Shown here in pieces: positions 9,256 to 19,382 of a stretch of DNA of 64,000 nucleotides (position 1 is the stretch's first letter; each line of letters begins with the position of its first letter). The stretch comes from Isoptericola halotolerans (GTDB lineage: Bacteria; Actinomycetota; Actinomycetes; Actinomycetales; Cellulomonadaceae). The stretch spans positions 124,001 to 188,000 of the forward strand of contig NZ_JABEZU010000003.1 in NCBI RefSeq assembly GCF_013149785.1. Reading direction: 5' to 3'. Made by a program: the position numbers and the translations under genes. A model generated the notes under the pieces. The model made no database searches, had not been told where the DNA came from, and saw only the letters and a program-made list of their open reading frames with translations.

Positions 9256-9367
9256 CCCGCCATGGTCGCCGCTGCCAGGAGTCGTCGCGAGTCCTGTGCG
9301 GGCGTAGGTTGGTCTGCGAGCCGGGCCGGGCGAGCCGACTCGCCGCCCGACCAGTGGGGGTACTCCG

Positions 9368-9553
9368 ATGGGATTCCTGGACAAGGCCAAGGGTCTGGTC
9401 AACGAGGCGAACCTCGACAAGGCCAGGAAGCTGGCCAGCGACGAGAACGTCGACAAGGCCGCGGACGTCGCGAAGAAGATCTCACCGGACTCGGCCGACG
9501 GCACGATCGATGCCGCTGCGGACAAGGTCAAGAGTCTCAACGACAAGTCCTGA
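9368..9553 (+). CDS. Small Lys/Asp-rich protein, MT0933/Rv0909-like putative antitoxin
   Basis: MGFLDKAKG...VDKAAD pattern; strong coding codon bias. Confidence 0.6.
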   Translation: MGFLDKAKGLVNEANLDKARKLASDENVDKAADVAKKISPDSADGTIDAAADKVKSLNDKS

Positions 9554-9574
9554 GCCGGCAGGTCGGTACGATCG

Positions 9575-9605
9575 GGGGGGCGTCGCCGTCACGGTGACGC
9601 CCCCC
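9575..9605 (+). terminator. GC-rich hairpin (terminator, or 5' leader hairpin of thrS)
   Basis: GGGGGGCGTCGCCG-TCA-CGGTGACGCCCCCC. A -10-like TACGAT (9567-9572) sits immediately before it. Confidence 0.5.
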
Positions 9606-9655
9606 GGCGGTGCCGTGCGCCCGCTGAGCCACGAACGAACCTGAGGAGCACTGTC

Positions 9656-11698
9656 GTGTCCGACGCCGCCGCGCCGCTGTCATCGCCCGCACCCGACGAG
9701 GGGCCCACCACGGTGACGGTGACCGAGCCGACGACGGGCGCCGAGCTCTTCGCAGGGCGCCGCGAGGTCGTGGTGATGCGCGTGGACGGCGAGCTGCTCG
9801 ACCTGTCGCGTCCGCTCCGGACGGGCGACGTCGTCGAACCGGTCACGATCGACTCGCCGGACGGTCTGGCCGTGCTGCGTCACAGCGCGGCGCACGTCCT
9901 GGCGCAGGCGGTGCAGCAGGTGAACCCCGAGGCGCGGCTGGGCATCGGCCCGCCCGTCAAGGACGGCTTCTACTACGACTTCGACGTCGCCGAGCCCTTC
10001 ACGCCCGACGACCTCAAGAAGCTCGACAAGGCCATGGTCCGCATCATCAAGGAGGGGCAGACCTTCCGTCGGCGCGTCGTCACCGAGGACGAGGCGCGTG
10101 CCGAGCTCGCCGCCGAGCCCTACAAGCTGGAGCTGATCGGGCTCAAGGGCGGCGCAGCGCCCGCCGGGGGTGACGACGCAGGTGTCTCCGTCGAGGTCGG
10201 CGCCGGTGAGCTCACCATCTACGACAACGTCCGTGGGGCCGGCCGCGAGAGCGAGACGGTCGTCTGGTCGGACCTGTGCCGGGGGCCGCACCTGCCCAGC
10301 ACGAAGCTCATCGGCAACGGGGTGCAGCTCATGCGATCGGCGGCGGCGTACTGGCGCGGCAGCGAGAAGAACCCCCAGCTGCAGCGCATCTACGGCACCG
10401 CGTGGCCGTCCAAGGACGAGCTCAAGGCGCACCTCGAGCGGCTGGCCGAGGCGGAGCGTCGTGACCACCGACGGCTCGGCAGCGAGCTCGACCTGTTCAG
10501 CTTCCCCGACGAGATCGGCTCCGGGCTGGCGGTGTTCCACCCCAAGGGCGCGATGGTGCGCATGGAGATGGAGGAGTACTCGCGCAAGCGGCACGTCGAG
10601 TCCGGGTACTCGTTCGTCAACAGCCCGCACATCACCAAGTCGAAGCTGTTCGAGACCTCCGGGCACCTCGACTGGTACGCCGACGGCATGTACCCGCCGA
10701 TGCACCTGGACGCGGAGCTCGACGACGAGGGCAACGTGCGCAAGCCGGGGCAGGACTACTACCTCAAGCCCATGAACTGCCCGATGCACAACCTGATCTT
10801 CGACGCGCGCGGCCGCTCCTACCGCGAGCTGCCGCTGCGCCTGTTCGAGTTCGGGACGGTGTACCGGTACGAGAAGTCCGGCGTCGTGCACGGTCTGACG
10901 CGCGCTCGCGGATTCACCCAGGACGACGCGCACATCTACTGCACCCGCGACCAGATGCGCGACGAGCTCACCTCCCTGCTGACCTTCGTGCTGGACCTCC
11001 TGCGCGACTACGGGCTGGACGACTTCTACCTCGAGCTGTCGACCCGCGACCCGGAGAAGTCCGTCGGTGACGAGGACAGCTGGGAGGAGGCGACCCGCAC
11101 CCTCGAGGAGGTCGCGACCGCCTCGGGGCTCGAGCTCGTGCCGGACCCGGGCGGTGCCGCGTTCTACGGCCCGAAGATCTCCGTCCAGGCGAGGGACGCC
11201 ATCGGCCGCACCTGGCAGATGTCGACCATCCAGCTCGACTTCAACCTGCCGGAGAAGTTCGACCTGCAGTACACCGCCGCGGACGGCACCCGGCAGCGAC
11301 CGGTCATGATCCACCGGGCGCTGTTCGGGTCCATCGAGAGGTTCTTCGCGGTGCTGCTCGAGCACTACGCCGGCGCCTTCCCGGCCTGGCTCGCGCCCGT
11401 GCAGGTGCTGGCCGTCCCCGTGGCGGACGCGTTCGACGACTACCTGGGCGACGTCGTCGCCCAGCTCCGTGCACGGGGCATCCGGGCCGAGCTGGACACC
11501 TCCGACGACCGGTTCGGCAAGAAGATCCGCAACGCCGCCAAGGAGAAGGTGCCGTTCGTGCTGATCGCCGGCGGTGAGGACGCCGAGGCCGGGGCGGTCT
11601 CGTTCCGCTTCCGTGACGGCACCCAGGAGAACGGCGTGCCGGTGGCGGACGCCGTCGAGCGGGTCGTGGCGGCCGTGCGCGATCGCGAGCAGGTCTGA
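9656..11698 (+). CDS. thrS: Threonine--tRNA ligase
   Basis: [24 protein letters not shown] and [12 protein letters not shown] motifs. Confidence 0.98.
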   Translation: MSDAAAPLSSPAPDEGPTTVTVTEPTTGAELFAGRREVVVMRVDGELLDLSRPLRTGDVVEPVTIDSPDGLAVLRHSAAHVLAQAVQQVNPEARLGIGPPVKDGFYYDFDVAEPFTPDDLKKLDKAMVRIIKEGQTFRRRVVTEDEARAELAAEPYKLELIGLKGGAAPAGGDDAGVSVEVGAGELTIYDNVRGAGRESETVVWSDLCRGPHLPSTKLIGNGVQLMRSAAAYWRGSEKNPQLQRIYGTAWPSKDELKAHLERLAEAERRDHRRLGSELDLFSFPDEIGSGLAVFHPKGAMVRMEMEEYSRKRHVESGYSFVNSPHITKSKLFETSGHLDWYADGMYPPMHLDAELDDEGNVRKPGQDYYLKPMNCPMHNLIFDARGRSYRELPLRLFEFGTVYRYEKSGVVHGLTRARGFTQDDAHIYCTRDQMRDELTSLLTFVLDLLRDYGLDDFYLELSTRDPEKSVGDEDSWEEATRTLEEVATASGLELVPDPGGAAFYGPKISVQARDAIGRTWQMSTIQLDFNLPEKFDLQYTAADGTRQRPVMIHRALFGSIERFFAVLLEHYAGAFPAWLAPVQVLAVPVADAFDDYLGDVVAQLRARGIRAELDTSDDRFGKKIRNAAKEKVPFVLIAGGEDAEAGAVSFRFRDGTQENGVPVADAVERVVAAVRDREQV

Positions 11699-11700
11699 CG

Positions 11701-12264
11701 ATGACCGGGCCGGGCGACGGGCCGGATCAGGTCGCGGCCGATCGGTTCGGGCCGCCGGAGGACGACATCGCGCGCCTGTGGACCCCGCACCGCATGGTCT
11801 ACATCGGCGGGCAGGACAAGCCCGCCGACTCGACGCCGCAGCAGTGCCCCTTCTGCCGCATCCCCACGGGCGAGGACGCCGACGGACTGGTCGTCGCCCG
11901 GGGAGCGGACTGCTTCGCGCTGCTGAACCTGTACCCGTACAACGGCGGGCACCTCATGGTGCTGCCGTACCGCCACGTCTCGGACTACACCGACCTGACC
12001 GGGGCCGAGACGACCGAGCTCGCCGCCATGACGCAGGAGGCGATGCGGGTCCTGCGCACGGTCTACGCGCCGGCCGGCTTCAACCTCGGGATGAACCAGG
12101 GAGAGGTCGCCGGTGCGGGCATCGCCGCGCACCTGCACCAGCACGTCGTGCCGCGTTGGCTCGGGGACGCGAACTTCCTGCCGGTCGTCGGGCGGACCAA
12201 GGCCCTGCCCGAGCTGCTCGCGGACACCCGCGCACGGCTCGCCGCGGCGTGGCCCGCCCGGTGA
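11701..12264 (+). CDS. HIT-family protein (Ap4A phosphorylase-like)
   Basis: CPFC, NLYPYN.GH and HLHQH motifs. Conserved position after thrS. Confidence 0.9.
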   Translation: MTGPGDGPDQVAADRFGPPEDDIARLWTPHRMVYIGGQDKPADSTPQQCPFCRIPTGEDADGLVVARGADCFALLNLYPYNGGHLMVLPYRHVSDYTDLTGAETTELAAMTQEAMRVLRTVYAPAGFNLGMNQGEVAGAGIAAHLHQHVVPRWLGDANFLPVVGRTKALPELLADTRARLAAAWPAR

Positions 12265-12325
12265 ACGACGCCGGCCGCTAGCCTGACGACGCCGGTCTGC
12301 CGGCATCACGAGACGAGGAGCACCC

Positions 12326-12952
12326 ATGTTCGGCCGCCTGCGGGCCACGATGCAGCGCCTGTTCACGCCCTTGGCGAACCTGCTGCTCCGCCACGGGGTG
12401 TCGCCCGACGCCGTGACGATCGCCGGCACCGTGGTCGTCACCGTCCTCGCGCTGACGCTGCTGCCCACGGGTCACCTGACTCTCGGTGCACTGCTCATCG
12501 GTCTCTTCGTCCTGACCGACTCGCTCGACGGTGTCATGGCGCGGGCGAGCGGCCGCAGCGGGCCGTGGGGAGCCTTCCTGGACTCCACGCTCGACCGGGT
12601 GTCGGACGGCGCGGTGTTCGCGGGGATCACGCTGTGGTTCGTGCTGCACCCCGACGAGACCTGGGCGACCGGGGGAACCGTGGCGGCCCTGGCCTGCCTG
12701 GTCCTCGGATCTGTCGTGCCCTATGCGCGCGCCCGGGCCGAGTCGGTGGGCGCGACGGCCGCCGTCGGCATCGCCGAGCGTTCCGACCGTCTCGTCGTGG
12801 CCCTGGTGCCCACCGCGTTCGTCCAGCTCGGCCTGCCGGTGCCCGTCCTGGTCGTGATGCTCGGTCTGCTGGCGATCGCCAGCCTGGTCACGGCGGCGCA
12901 GCGGGTCGTCACCGTGCGCACACAGCTCCTGACGACTCCCGAGGAGGCCTGA
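12326..12952 (+). CDS. pgsA: Phosphatidylinositol phosphate synthase (CDP-alcohol phosphotransferase)
   Basis: DSLDGVMAR...GAFLDSTLDR signature. Confidence 0.93.
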   Translation: MFGRLRATMQRLFTPLANLLLRHGVSPDAVTIAGTVVVTVLALTLLPTGHLTLGALLIGLFVLTDSLDGVMARASGRSGPWGAFLDSTLDRVSDGAVFAGITLWFVLHPDETWATGGTVAALACLVLGSVVPYARARAESVGATAAVGIAERSDRLVVALVPTAFVQLGLPVPVLVVMLGLLAIASLVTAAQRVVTVRTQLLTTPEEA

Positions 12953-13908
12953 TGGTCGACCTGGCCGCGGCGTACACCTTCGCCTGGCGCCACGCCCCGA
13001 AGGTTCCCGAGCCCGTCCTGCGCGCCGTGTTCGACCTGGCGGCGGACGTCGCGTGGCTGCGACGTGGAGCGGGGGTGCGCCGCCTGGAGGCGAACTACGC
13101 GCGGGTGCGCCCGGACCTCGACGACCGGGCGGTGCGGCGCCTCGCCCGGGAGGGCATGCGCCGCTACCTGCGGTACTTCCGCGAGGCGTTCACCCTGCAG
13201 GGTGCCACCCCGGAGCAGCTGGACGCCCGGGTGCGGGTCGAAGGGCTGGAGCACGTCATCGCGATCACCGACGACGGGGGGTCGGCGTCGCTCGCGCTCG
13301 CGCACCTCGGCAACTGGGACCTCGCGGGTGCGTGGGCGTCGCCCAGGCTGGCGCCGGTGCTGACCGTCGCTGAACGGCTGAAGCCACCCGAGCTGTTCGA
13401 GCAGTTCGTCGAGTTCCGCGGATCGCTCGGGATCGACGTCCTGCCCCTGGGTGACGACGGCGTCTTCCGGAACCTGGTGCGCGGCGCCGAGCACGGGCCC
13501 CGGATCCTGCCGCTGCTGTCCGACCGCGACCTCACGGCCCAGGGGGTGGAGGTCGACCTGCGCGGGCACCGCGCGCGGGTGGCGGGCGGTCCGGCCGCGC
13601 TGGCGGTCGCGGCCAAGGTGCCCCTGCTGCCCGTAGGGATCCGGCACGAGCGTCTGACCGGTGAGCGACGGCGACGGGCGGGCACACCCTGGGGCATCGT
13701 GATCCGCTTCTTCCCGCCGGTCGGGCCTCCCGACGACGGCAGCCGCAGGGCGCAGGTCGAACAGCTCACGCAGGCCTGGGTGGACGTCCTCGGCGAGTAC
13801 ATCGCCCGGCACACCGCGGACTGGCACATGCTGCAGAGCGTGTTCGTCGCCGATCTCGATCCCGAGCGGTACGCACGCACCCGTGCCGCGGCAGGGGAGG
13901 GACGATGA
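12952..13908 (+). CDS. patA: Phosphatidylinositol mannoside acyltransferase
   Basis: HLGNWD, TVAERLKP, LLSDRDL and DWHMLQ motifs. TGATG coupling to pgsA. Confidence 0.9.
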   Translation: MVDLAAAYTFAWRHAPKVPEPVLRAVFDLAADVAWLRRGAGVRRLEANYARVRPDLDDRAVRRLAREGMRRYLRYFREAFTLQGATPEQLDARVRVEGLEHVIAITDDGGSASLALAHLGNWDLAGAWASPRLAPVLTVAERLKPPELFEQFVEFRGSLGIDVLPLGDDGVFRNLVRGAEHGPRILPLLSDRDLTAQGVEVDLRGHRARVAGGPAALAVAAKVPLLPVGIRHERLTGERRRRAGTPWGIVIRFFPPVGPPDDGSRRAQVEQLTQAWVDVLGEYIARHTADWHMLQSVFVADLDPERYARTRAAAGEGR

Positions 13909-15125
13909 GGCCCTTGCGCGTCGGCATCGTCTGCCCCTACTCGTTCGACGCACCCGGCGGGGTGCAGTTCCACGTGCGCGACCTCGCCCAGGCGTTGCGG
14001 GCCGCCGGCCACGAGGTCTCGGTGCTGGCACCGGCGGACGACGACACCGAGGTGCCCGACGTCGTCACGCCGGCGGGTCGCGCGGTCCCGGTGCGCTACA
14101 ACGGCTCGGTCGCCAGGCTGTCCTTCGGTCCTCGCGCCGCCACCAAGGTCCGACGCTGGATCGACGCCGGGGAGTTCGACGTCCTGCACCTGCACGAGCC
14201 GATGACCCCGTCGCTGTCGATGCTCGCCCTGTGGGTCGCCGAGGGGCCCGTGGTCGCCACGTTCCACACGTCGCAGGTGCGGTCGCGGGCGCTGCAGGTC
14301 GCACAGCCGCTGCTCAGGCAGTCGCTGGAGAAGATCTCGGCCCGGATCGCCGTCTCCGAGGACGCGCGGCGCACGCTCGTCGACCATCTGGGCGGTGACG
14401 CCGTCGTGATCCCGAACGGCGTGTACGTGGACCGGTTCGCGGACGCAGCGCCCGCAGAGTCGTGGCGAGGCACCCCTGAAGCGCCCACCGTGGCGTTCCT
14501 GGGACGACTCGACGAGCCCCGCAAGGGCCTGCAGGTCCTCGCGGAGGCGGCACCGGCGATCCTCGCCGCGCACCCGGGCACGAGGTTCCTCGTCGCGGGC
14601 AAGGGCGACGCCGGACGGTCCGCGGCGCAGTCGGTGCTGGGGGAGCACGGTGGCTCGTTCACCTGGCTCGGCGGTGTCAGCGACGAGGACAAGGCCGCCC
14701 TGCTGCGCTCGGCGGACCTGTACGTCGCCCCCCAGACCGGCGGCGAGAGCTTCGGCATCGTCCTGGTCGAGGCGATGAGCGCCGGGACCGGGGTCGTGGC
14801 GAGCGACCTCGGCGCGTTCCGACGGGTCCTCGACGACGGCACGGCGGGCAGGCTGTTCCGCACCGGGGACCCGCAGGACCTCGCGGCCTCGGTGGTCGCC
14901 GCCCTGGCCGACCGGGCCGACACCGCCGCCCGGGCGGCTCGTGCGAGCGCCTTCGTCCGGCGTTTCGACTGGTCGACGGTGACGGACCAGGTGCTGGCCG
15001 TCTACGAGATGGCCGTGGCCGCGACGGAGGCGCTGGGGACCGGGACCGTGCGGCACGACCTGCGTGCGGAGCGTTCGTGGTTCCTCGGGCTCCGCTCGCG
15101 TGCCGACGTGGCAGGTGAGCGATGA
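13905..15125 (+). CDS. pimA: GT4 glycosyltransferase, phosphatidylinositol mannosyltransferase
   Basis: CPYSFDAPGGVQ, DEPRKG and ESFGIVLVEAM motifs. Confidence 0.92.
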   Translation: MRPLRVGIVCPYSFDAPGGVQFHVRDLAQALRAAGHEVSVLAPADDDTEVPDVVTPAGRAVPVRYNGSVARLSFGPRAATKVRRWIDAGEFDVLHLHEPMTPSLSMLALWVAEGPVVATFHTSQVRSRALQVAQPLLRQSLEKISARIAVSEDARRTLVDHLGGDAVVIPNGVYVDRFADAAPAESWRGTPEAPTVAFLGRLDEPRKGLQVLAEAAPAILAAHPGTRFLVAGKGDAGRSAAQSVLGEHGGSFTWLGGVSDEDKAALLRSADLYVAPQTGGESFGIVLVEAMSAGTGVVASDLGAFRRVLDDGTAGRLFRTGDPQDLAASVVAALADRADTAARAARASAFVRRFDWSTVTDQVLAVYEMAVAATEALGTGTVRHDLRAERSWFLGLRSRADVAGER

Positions 15126-15748
15126 GCTGGTCGGAGGCCGCGCTGCTGACGGTGGTCCTGCTGGGGCTCGCCCTGTGGTGGGTGTGGGTCGCGGCGTCGC
15201 GGCTGGACCGCCTGCACCACAAGGTCGTCGCGTCGCGCCTGGCCCTGCAGGCACAGCTCGACCGCCGCGTGCGCACCTCGCTCGACCTGGCGTCGTCCGG
15301 CCTGCTCGACCCGGCCAGCTCGGTGCTGGTCGCGGACGCGGCCTTCGCGGTGACCGCGACCGTCGAGCGGTCCGGCGAGCAGGACGGTCCTGCCGAGACG
15401 GTCGACGGTGTCCCGTCGCCGGCCGAGGCCTTCGCCCTCACTGGCCTGCCGGTGGAGCGTGAGCGCGCCGAGTCCGCGCTGTCGGTGACGCTGCGCTCGG
15501 TGCTGGAGGACGCCGAGGCGGTGTCGGGGCTGCGTGCCTCCGTGCCCGGTGACGAGCTCGTCGACGACCTCGCCGCGTCCTGGTACCGCGCCCAGCTGGC
15601 CCGGCGGTTCCACAACGAGGCGGTCGCGCAGGCGCAGCGGGCGCGGCGACCGCGCCGGGCCCGGTGGCTGCGCCTGGCCGGACGGGCCCCGTGGCCGCAG
15701 ACGGTGGAGCTGGACGACCAGATGCCGGACGGGATCGACGGCGTCTGA
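15122..15748 (+). CDS. Membrane-anchored conserved protein (similar to the N-terminal half of Rv2609c; LemA-like)
   Basis: N-terminal TM; RLDRLH...LDRR and ARRFHNEAV motifs. ATGA overlap with pimA. Confidence 0.75.
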   Translation: MSWSEAALLTVVLLGLALWWVWVAASRLDRLHHKVVASRLALQAQLDRRVRTSLDLASSGLLDPASSVLVADAAFAVTATVERSGEQDGPAETVDGVPSPAEAFALTGLPVERERAESALSVTLRSVLEDAEAVSGLRASVPGDELVDDLAASWYRAQLARRFHNEAVAQAQRARRPRRARWLRLAGRAPWPQTVELDDQMPDGIDGV

Positions 15749-15838
15749 GGCCCCCGTAGGATGGGTGTACGACGTGGACCACGTCGGCACGGCCGGCACG
15801 ACGCCGGGACGTGCTCGCAAGAACACTGTGAGGTTGCG

Positions 15839-16762
15839 TTGAGCGAGACCACCGGGACCCCGGCCGGCACGACGGGCGTCGGCGAGGTGGGCACGGCCCG
15901 CGTCAAGCGGGGCATGGCCGAGATGCTCAAGGGCGGCGTCATCATGGACGTGGTGACCCCCGAGCAGGCCAAGGTGGCCGAGGACGCCGGTGCGGTCGCC
16001 GTCATGGCGCTCGAGCGGGTGCCCGCCGACATCCGCGCCCAGGGCGGCGTGGCGCGCATGTCCGACCCCGACATGATCGAGGGCATCGTCGAGGCGGTGT
16101 CGATCCCGGTCATGGCGAAGGCGCGGATCGGCCACTTCGTCGAGGCGCAGGTCCTGCAGTCCCTCGGCGTCGACTACGTCGACGAGTCCGAGGTGCTCAC
16201 CCCGGCCGACTACACCCACCACATCGACAAGTGGGCTTTCACCGTCCCGTTCGTGTGCGGTGCGACCAACCTGGGCGAGGCGCTGCGCCGCATCACCGAG
16301 GGCGCTGCCATGATCCGGTCGAAGGGTGAGGCCGGCACGGGTGACGTCTCGAACGCCACGACGCACATGCGCCAGATCCGCCAGCAGATCCGGAACCTGA
16401 CCTCGCTGCCCACCGACGAGCTGTTCGTCGCCGCGAAGGAGCTGCAGGCGCCGTACGAGCTCGTGGCGGAGGTCGCCCGCACGGGCAAGCTCCCCGTGGT
16501 GCTCTTCACCGCCGGTGGCATCGCCACCCCCGCGGACGCCGCGATGATGATGCAGCTCGGCGCCGAGGGCGTGTTCGTCGGCTCCGGCATCTTCAAGTCC
16601 GGCGACCCGGCGGCCCGCGCCAAGGCGATCGTGCAGGCCACCACCTTCCACGACGACCCCGACGTCGTCGCGAAGGTCTCTCGTGGCCTGGGCGAGGCGA
16701 TGGTCGGCATCAACGTCGAGGAGGAGCCGGAGCCCGTCCGGCTCGCCACGCGCGGCTGGTAG
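15839..16762 (+). CDS. pdxS: Pyridoxal 5'-phosphate synthase lyase subunit
   Basis: [32 protein letters not shown] and [11 protein letters not shown] motifs. TTG start inferred after GAGGT. Confidence 0.97.
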   Translation: MSETTGTPAGTTGVGEVGTARVKRGMAEMLKGGVIMDVVTPEQAKVAEDAGAVAVMALERVPADIRAQGGVARMSDPDMIEGIVEAVSIPVMAKARIGHFVEAQVLQSLGVDYVDESEVLTPADYTHHIDKWAFTVPFVCGATNLGEALRRITEGAAMIRSKGEAGTGDVSNATTHMRQIRQQIRNLTSLPTDELFVAAKELQAPYELVAEVARTGKLPVVLFTAGGIATPADAAMMMQLGAEGVFVGSGIFKSGDPAARAKAIVQATTFHDDPDVVAKVSRGLGEAMVGINVEEEPEPVRLATRGW

Positions 16763-16772
16763 AGCATCGGAG

Positions 16773-16811
16773 CGAGGGGCCCGCGGACATCTCGTGTCCG
16801 CGGGCCCCTCG
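16773..16811. terminator. Bidirectional hairpin terminator between convergent genes
   Basis: Perfect 17-bp stem CGAGGGGCCCGCGGACA-TCTCG-TGTCCGCGGGCCCCTCG. Confidence 0.8.
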
Positions 16812-16830
16812 TCCGTCCCGGCAGCCCCGC

Positions 16831-17529
16831 TCAGCTCCCGGGCACGATGCCGGTGCGCCCCTGCCAGGAGCCGTGCTCCGAGAGCGGACGGAAGCGGAAG
16901 GTCGCGAACTCGTGGTGGAAGTCGCGGCGGCGACGTTCGACCATCGCGTCCGCGTGGCGTCGGTCGGCGGGGACGTCGGCACGACCGTGCACCATCTGCT
17001 CCATCTCACGGACCGAGCGCCACACGGAGAACGTGGAGATCGTGCGAGGCGGCCGGATGGCGGCCAGGGCGAGCGTGGTGCCGGGGTGGTCGCGCACCTG
17101 ACGTTCGACGGGCCTGCCCCATCGCAGGAACCGTGGCACCTCGGGCAGCCGCATCCGTGCGACGGTCACCGCCACGACGGGTTCGTCCTGGTCCCAGGCG
17201 CCTGCTCGGGGCGGCAGGCCGGGCAAGGCCGCCAGCCGGGACCAGCGGCGCAGGTACTCCAGCCGCACGTGCCAGCCGGCCGCCACGTGGCGGCCGAGGG
17301 CGTCGTGCGTCAGGAACTGGTCGACGGCATCCTCGTCGCGCCACTGCGCGAAGACGGCGATCCGTCGCAGCTGCAGCCGGTCCGGCGAGACGACGGGCGC
17401 CCCCAGGCGCATGAGGGCCAGGCACTCGGCGTGGTCGAGCCCGGGCGTGGTGTTGCCCGACGGCGGTCGCAGCAGCGCGCGTGCCGTCACGGTGGCCGGC
17501 ATCTCGGCGAGGTGAAACGTGTGGATCAT
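16831..17529 (-). CDS. Spheroidene monooxygenase (CrtA)-like protein
   Basis: 'EPVVAVTVARMR...RFLRW...TFSVWRS...M...H.DAM' resembles the CrtA/DUF3291 fold. Start ATG 17529 follows TAGCGT. Confidence 0.6.
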   Translation of the reverse strand: MIHTFHLAEMPATVTARALLRPPSGNTTPGLDHAECLALMRLGAPVVSPDRLQLRRIAVFAQWRDEDAVDQFLTHDALGRHVAAGWHVRLEYLRRWSRLAALPGLPPRAGAWDQDEPVVAVTVARMRLPEVPRFLRWGRPVERQVRDHPGTTLALAAIRPPRTISTFSVWRSVREMEQMVHGRADVPADRRHADAMVERRRRDFHHEFATFRFRPLSEHGSWQGRTGIVPGS

Positions 17530-17638
17530 CGTGGGGAACGCTACGTCGGTGCGGGGCACCTATGCTGAACGGCATGCCGAACCGATCGAGCGCGCCGTCC
17601 GCGCGCAGGCCTGCTCGGGCGACGGCGGAGCGCCGTCG

Positions 17639-18211
17639 GTGACGTCGTCGGAACCTGCGGCGGCGTCCGTCTCGTCGTCGCTGGGGCCGGACTGGGTCCT
17701 GGGTGAGGACGGGCTGCGCCACCGGCGCGCGGCCCGCGTGATCGTCCTCGACGAAGCGGGACGCGCGCTGCTGGTGCGCGGCCACGACGCGGACCAACCC
17801 GGTCGGTCGTGGTGGTTCACCGTCGGCGGGGGGATCGAGCCGGGGGAGTCCGAGGTCGCCGCGGCGGTCCGCGAGGCCCACGAGGAGGCCGGCCTGGAGC
17901 TGGCCGAGGACGACCTCGAGGGCCCCGTGATGACCCGGGCCGGGATCTTCCACTTCTTCGCCGAGACCTGTCGTCAGGACGAGGTCTTCTTCGTCGCCCG
18001 CGTCTCGCGTCACGAGCCGTCCGACGCCGGATGGACCCCCCAGGAGCGCGATGTGCTCGACGAGATGCGCTGGCTGAGCGTCGCCGAGCTCCGTGCCCAG
18101 CGGATCGAGGTGTTCCCGACCGTGCTGCCCGACGTCGTCGCCGCGCTCGCGGACGGCTGGGACGGCGTCGTCCGTCACCTCGGGACCGAGCACGACGACG
18201 AGACCGCCTGA
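17639..18211 (+). CDS. NUDIX hydrolase
   Basis: Nudix box GGGIEPGESEVAAAVREAHEEAG. Start uncertain. Confidence 0.88.
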   Translation: MTSSEPAAASVSSSLGPDWVLGEDGLRHRRAARVIVLDEAGRALLVRGHDADQPGRSWWFTVGGGIEPGESEVAAAVREAHEEAGLELAEDDLEGPVMTRAGIFHFFAETCRQDEVFFVARVSRHEPSDAGWTPQERDVLDEMRWLSVAELRAQRIEVFPTVLPDVVAALADGWDGVVRHLGTEHDDETA

Positions 18212-18307
18212 CCCTGCAGGCCACCCCGGGTTCGTCTACCGTGGCAACTGGCTGATACCGACCGTGCCGACGAGGGCGTCGCACGCGAACCGAGTGGGGG
18301 ACTCAGG

Positions 18308-18838
18308 ATGAGACGGCTGACGAAAGCCGCGCTGGCCACGGGCGCCGGCGCACTGCTGCTGCTGGGCGGCGCGCAGACGCTCGCTTACTGGACGGCCGAC
18401 GGGACGGCCACGGGCACCGACGTGACCGCGGGGACGCTCACCATGACCGACGGAGCGTGCGGGGACTGGCTGCTCGAGACCGGTGTGCCGGTCGCCGAGG
18501 GCATCGTGCCCGGTGACACCCTCACCACGACGTGCACCCTCACGGTGGGCGGCACGGGCGACCATCTGGCGCTCGGCGAGATCACCGTCTCCGATCCCAC
18601 GTGGGCCGAGGCCAACGCGCTGACCGCCTCGCTCGACGTCTCGCTCGCCGGCGCCACCCTCGGGGGCGCGGAGCTCGACCTCCCGCTGGCGGAGCCCGCA
18701 CCCTTCTCCGGCACGCAGGACCTGGTCGTGAGCGTCGAGGCGGTGTTCGACACCGCGGCGGGCAACGACACCCAGGCGCTGACGGCGGCGCTGGACGACG
18801 TCACCGTCCAGGTCACCCAGGCGCACCTCGTGCCCTGA
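18308..18838 (+). CDS. SipW-dependent ('alternate signal') exported protein, putative fibre subunit
   Basis: Signal 'KAALATGAGALLLLGGAQTLAYWT' followed by 'AGTL' and 'IVPGDTL'. Confidence 0.82.
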   Translation: MRRLTKAALATGAGALLLLGGAQTLAYWTADGTATGTDVTAGTLTMTDGACGDWLLETGVPVAEGIVPGDTLTTTCTLTVGGTGDHLALGEITVSDPTWAEANALTASLDVSLAGATLGGAELDLPLAEPAPFSGTQDLVVSVEAVFDTAAGNDTQALTAALDDVTVQVTQAHLVP

Positions 18839-18851
18839 CGCGGGGCTCGCG

Positions 18852-19382
18852 ATGCGCGCCGTGCTCCGACTCGCCGGACGCGGCCTCGCCGCCGCCGTCC
18901 TGGTGGTGGCGGGCGTCGCGTTGCTCCTCGGCGTCCTGGTGCCCCGCGTGGCGGGAGCGACGCCGTACACGGTGGCGACCGGGTCGATGGAACCAACGCT
19001 CGGCCCCGGGACGCTTGCGGTGGTCAGGCCCGTGGACACCGCTGCCGTGGCGACGGGCGACGTCCTGACGTACCAGCTGCGCTCCGGTGAGCCCACCGTC
19101 GTGACGCACCGGGTGGTGGGTCTCGGCACCACCGCGGGCGGGGAGCGGACCTTCGTCACGCGCGGGGACGCCAACGAGGTGGCTGACGTCACGCCCGTCC
19201 GGGCCGTCCAGGTCCGCGGCACCCTCTGGTACGCCGTCCCGTGGCTCGGCCACGTGTCCAGCCTCGCGTCCGGCCAGCAGCGACAGGCTCTGGGCGGGAT
19301 CGTGGCCGTCGGGCTGTTCGGCTACGCGGGCTGGCTCCTGGCCGGCGAGATCAGGGCGCGACGCGCGAGGGCCGGCACGTGA
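18852..19382 (+). CDS. sipW: Signal peptidase I, SipW (ER-type, Ser-His)
   Basis: TGSMEP (Ser), VVTHRVV (His) and TRGDAN motifs; TM helices at both ends. Confidence 0.9.
   Translation: MRAVLRLAGRGLAAAVLVVAGVALLLGVLVPRVAGATPYTVATGSMEPTLGPGTLAVVRPVDTAAVATGDVLTYQLRSGEPTVVTHRVVGLGTTAGGERTFVTRGDANEVADVTPVRAVQVRGTLWYAVPWLGHVSSLASGQQRQALGGIVAVGLFGYAGWLLAGEIRARRARAGT

Noticed and set aside
6769..9597. 942-aa Arg/Gly/Pro-rich ORF
   Set aside because: Off-frame read-through across four real genes; composition typical of GC-rich non-coding frames.
9554..9655. tRNA genes or a T-box before thrS (also checked before hisS, aspS and alaS)
   Set aside because: No cloverleaf, T-loop or T-box antiterminator motif seen; the leaders are short.
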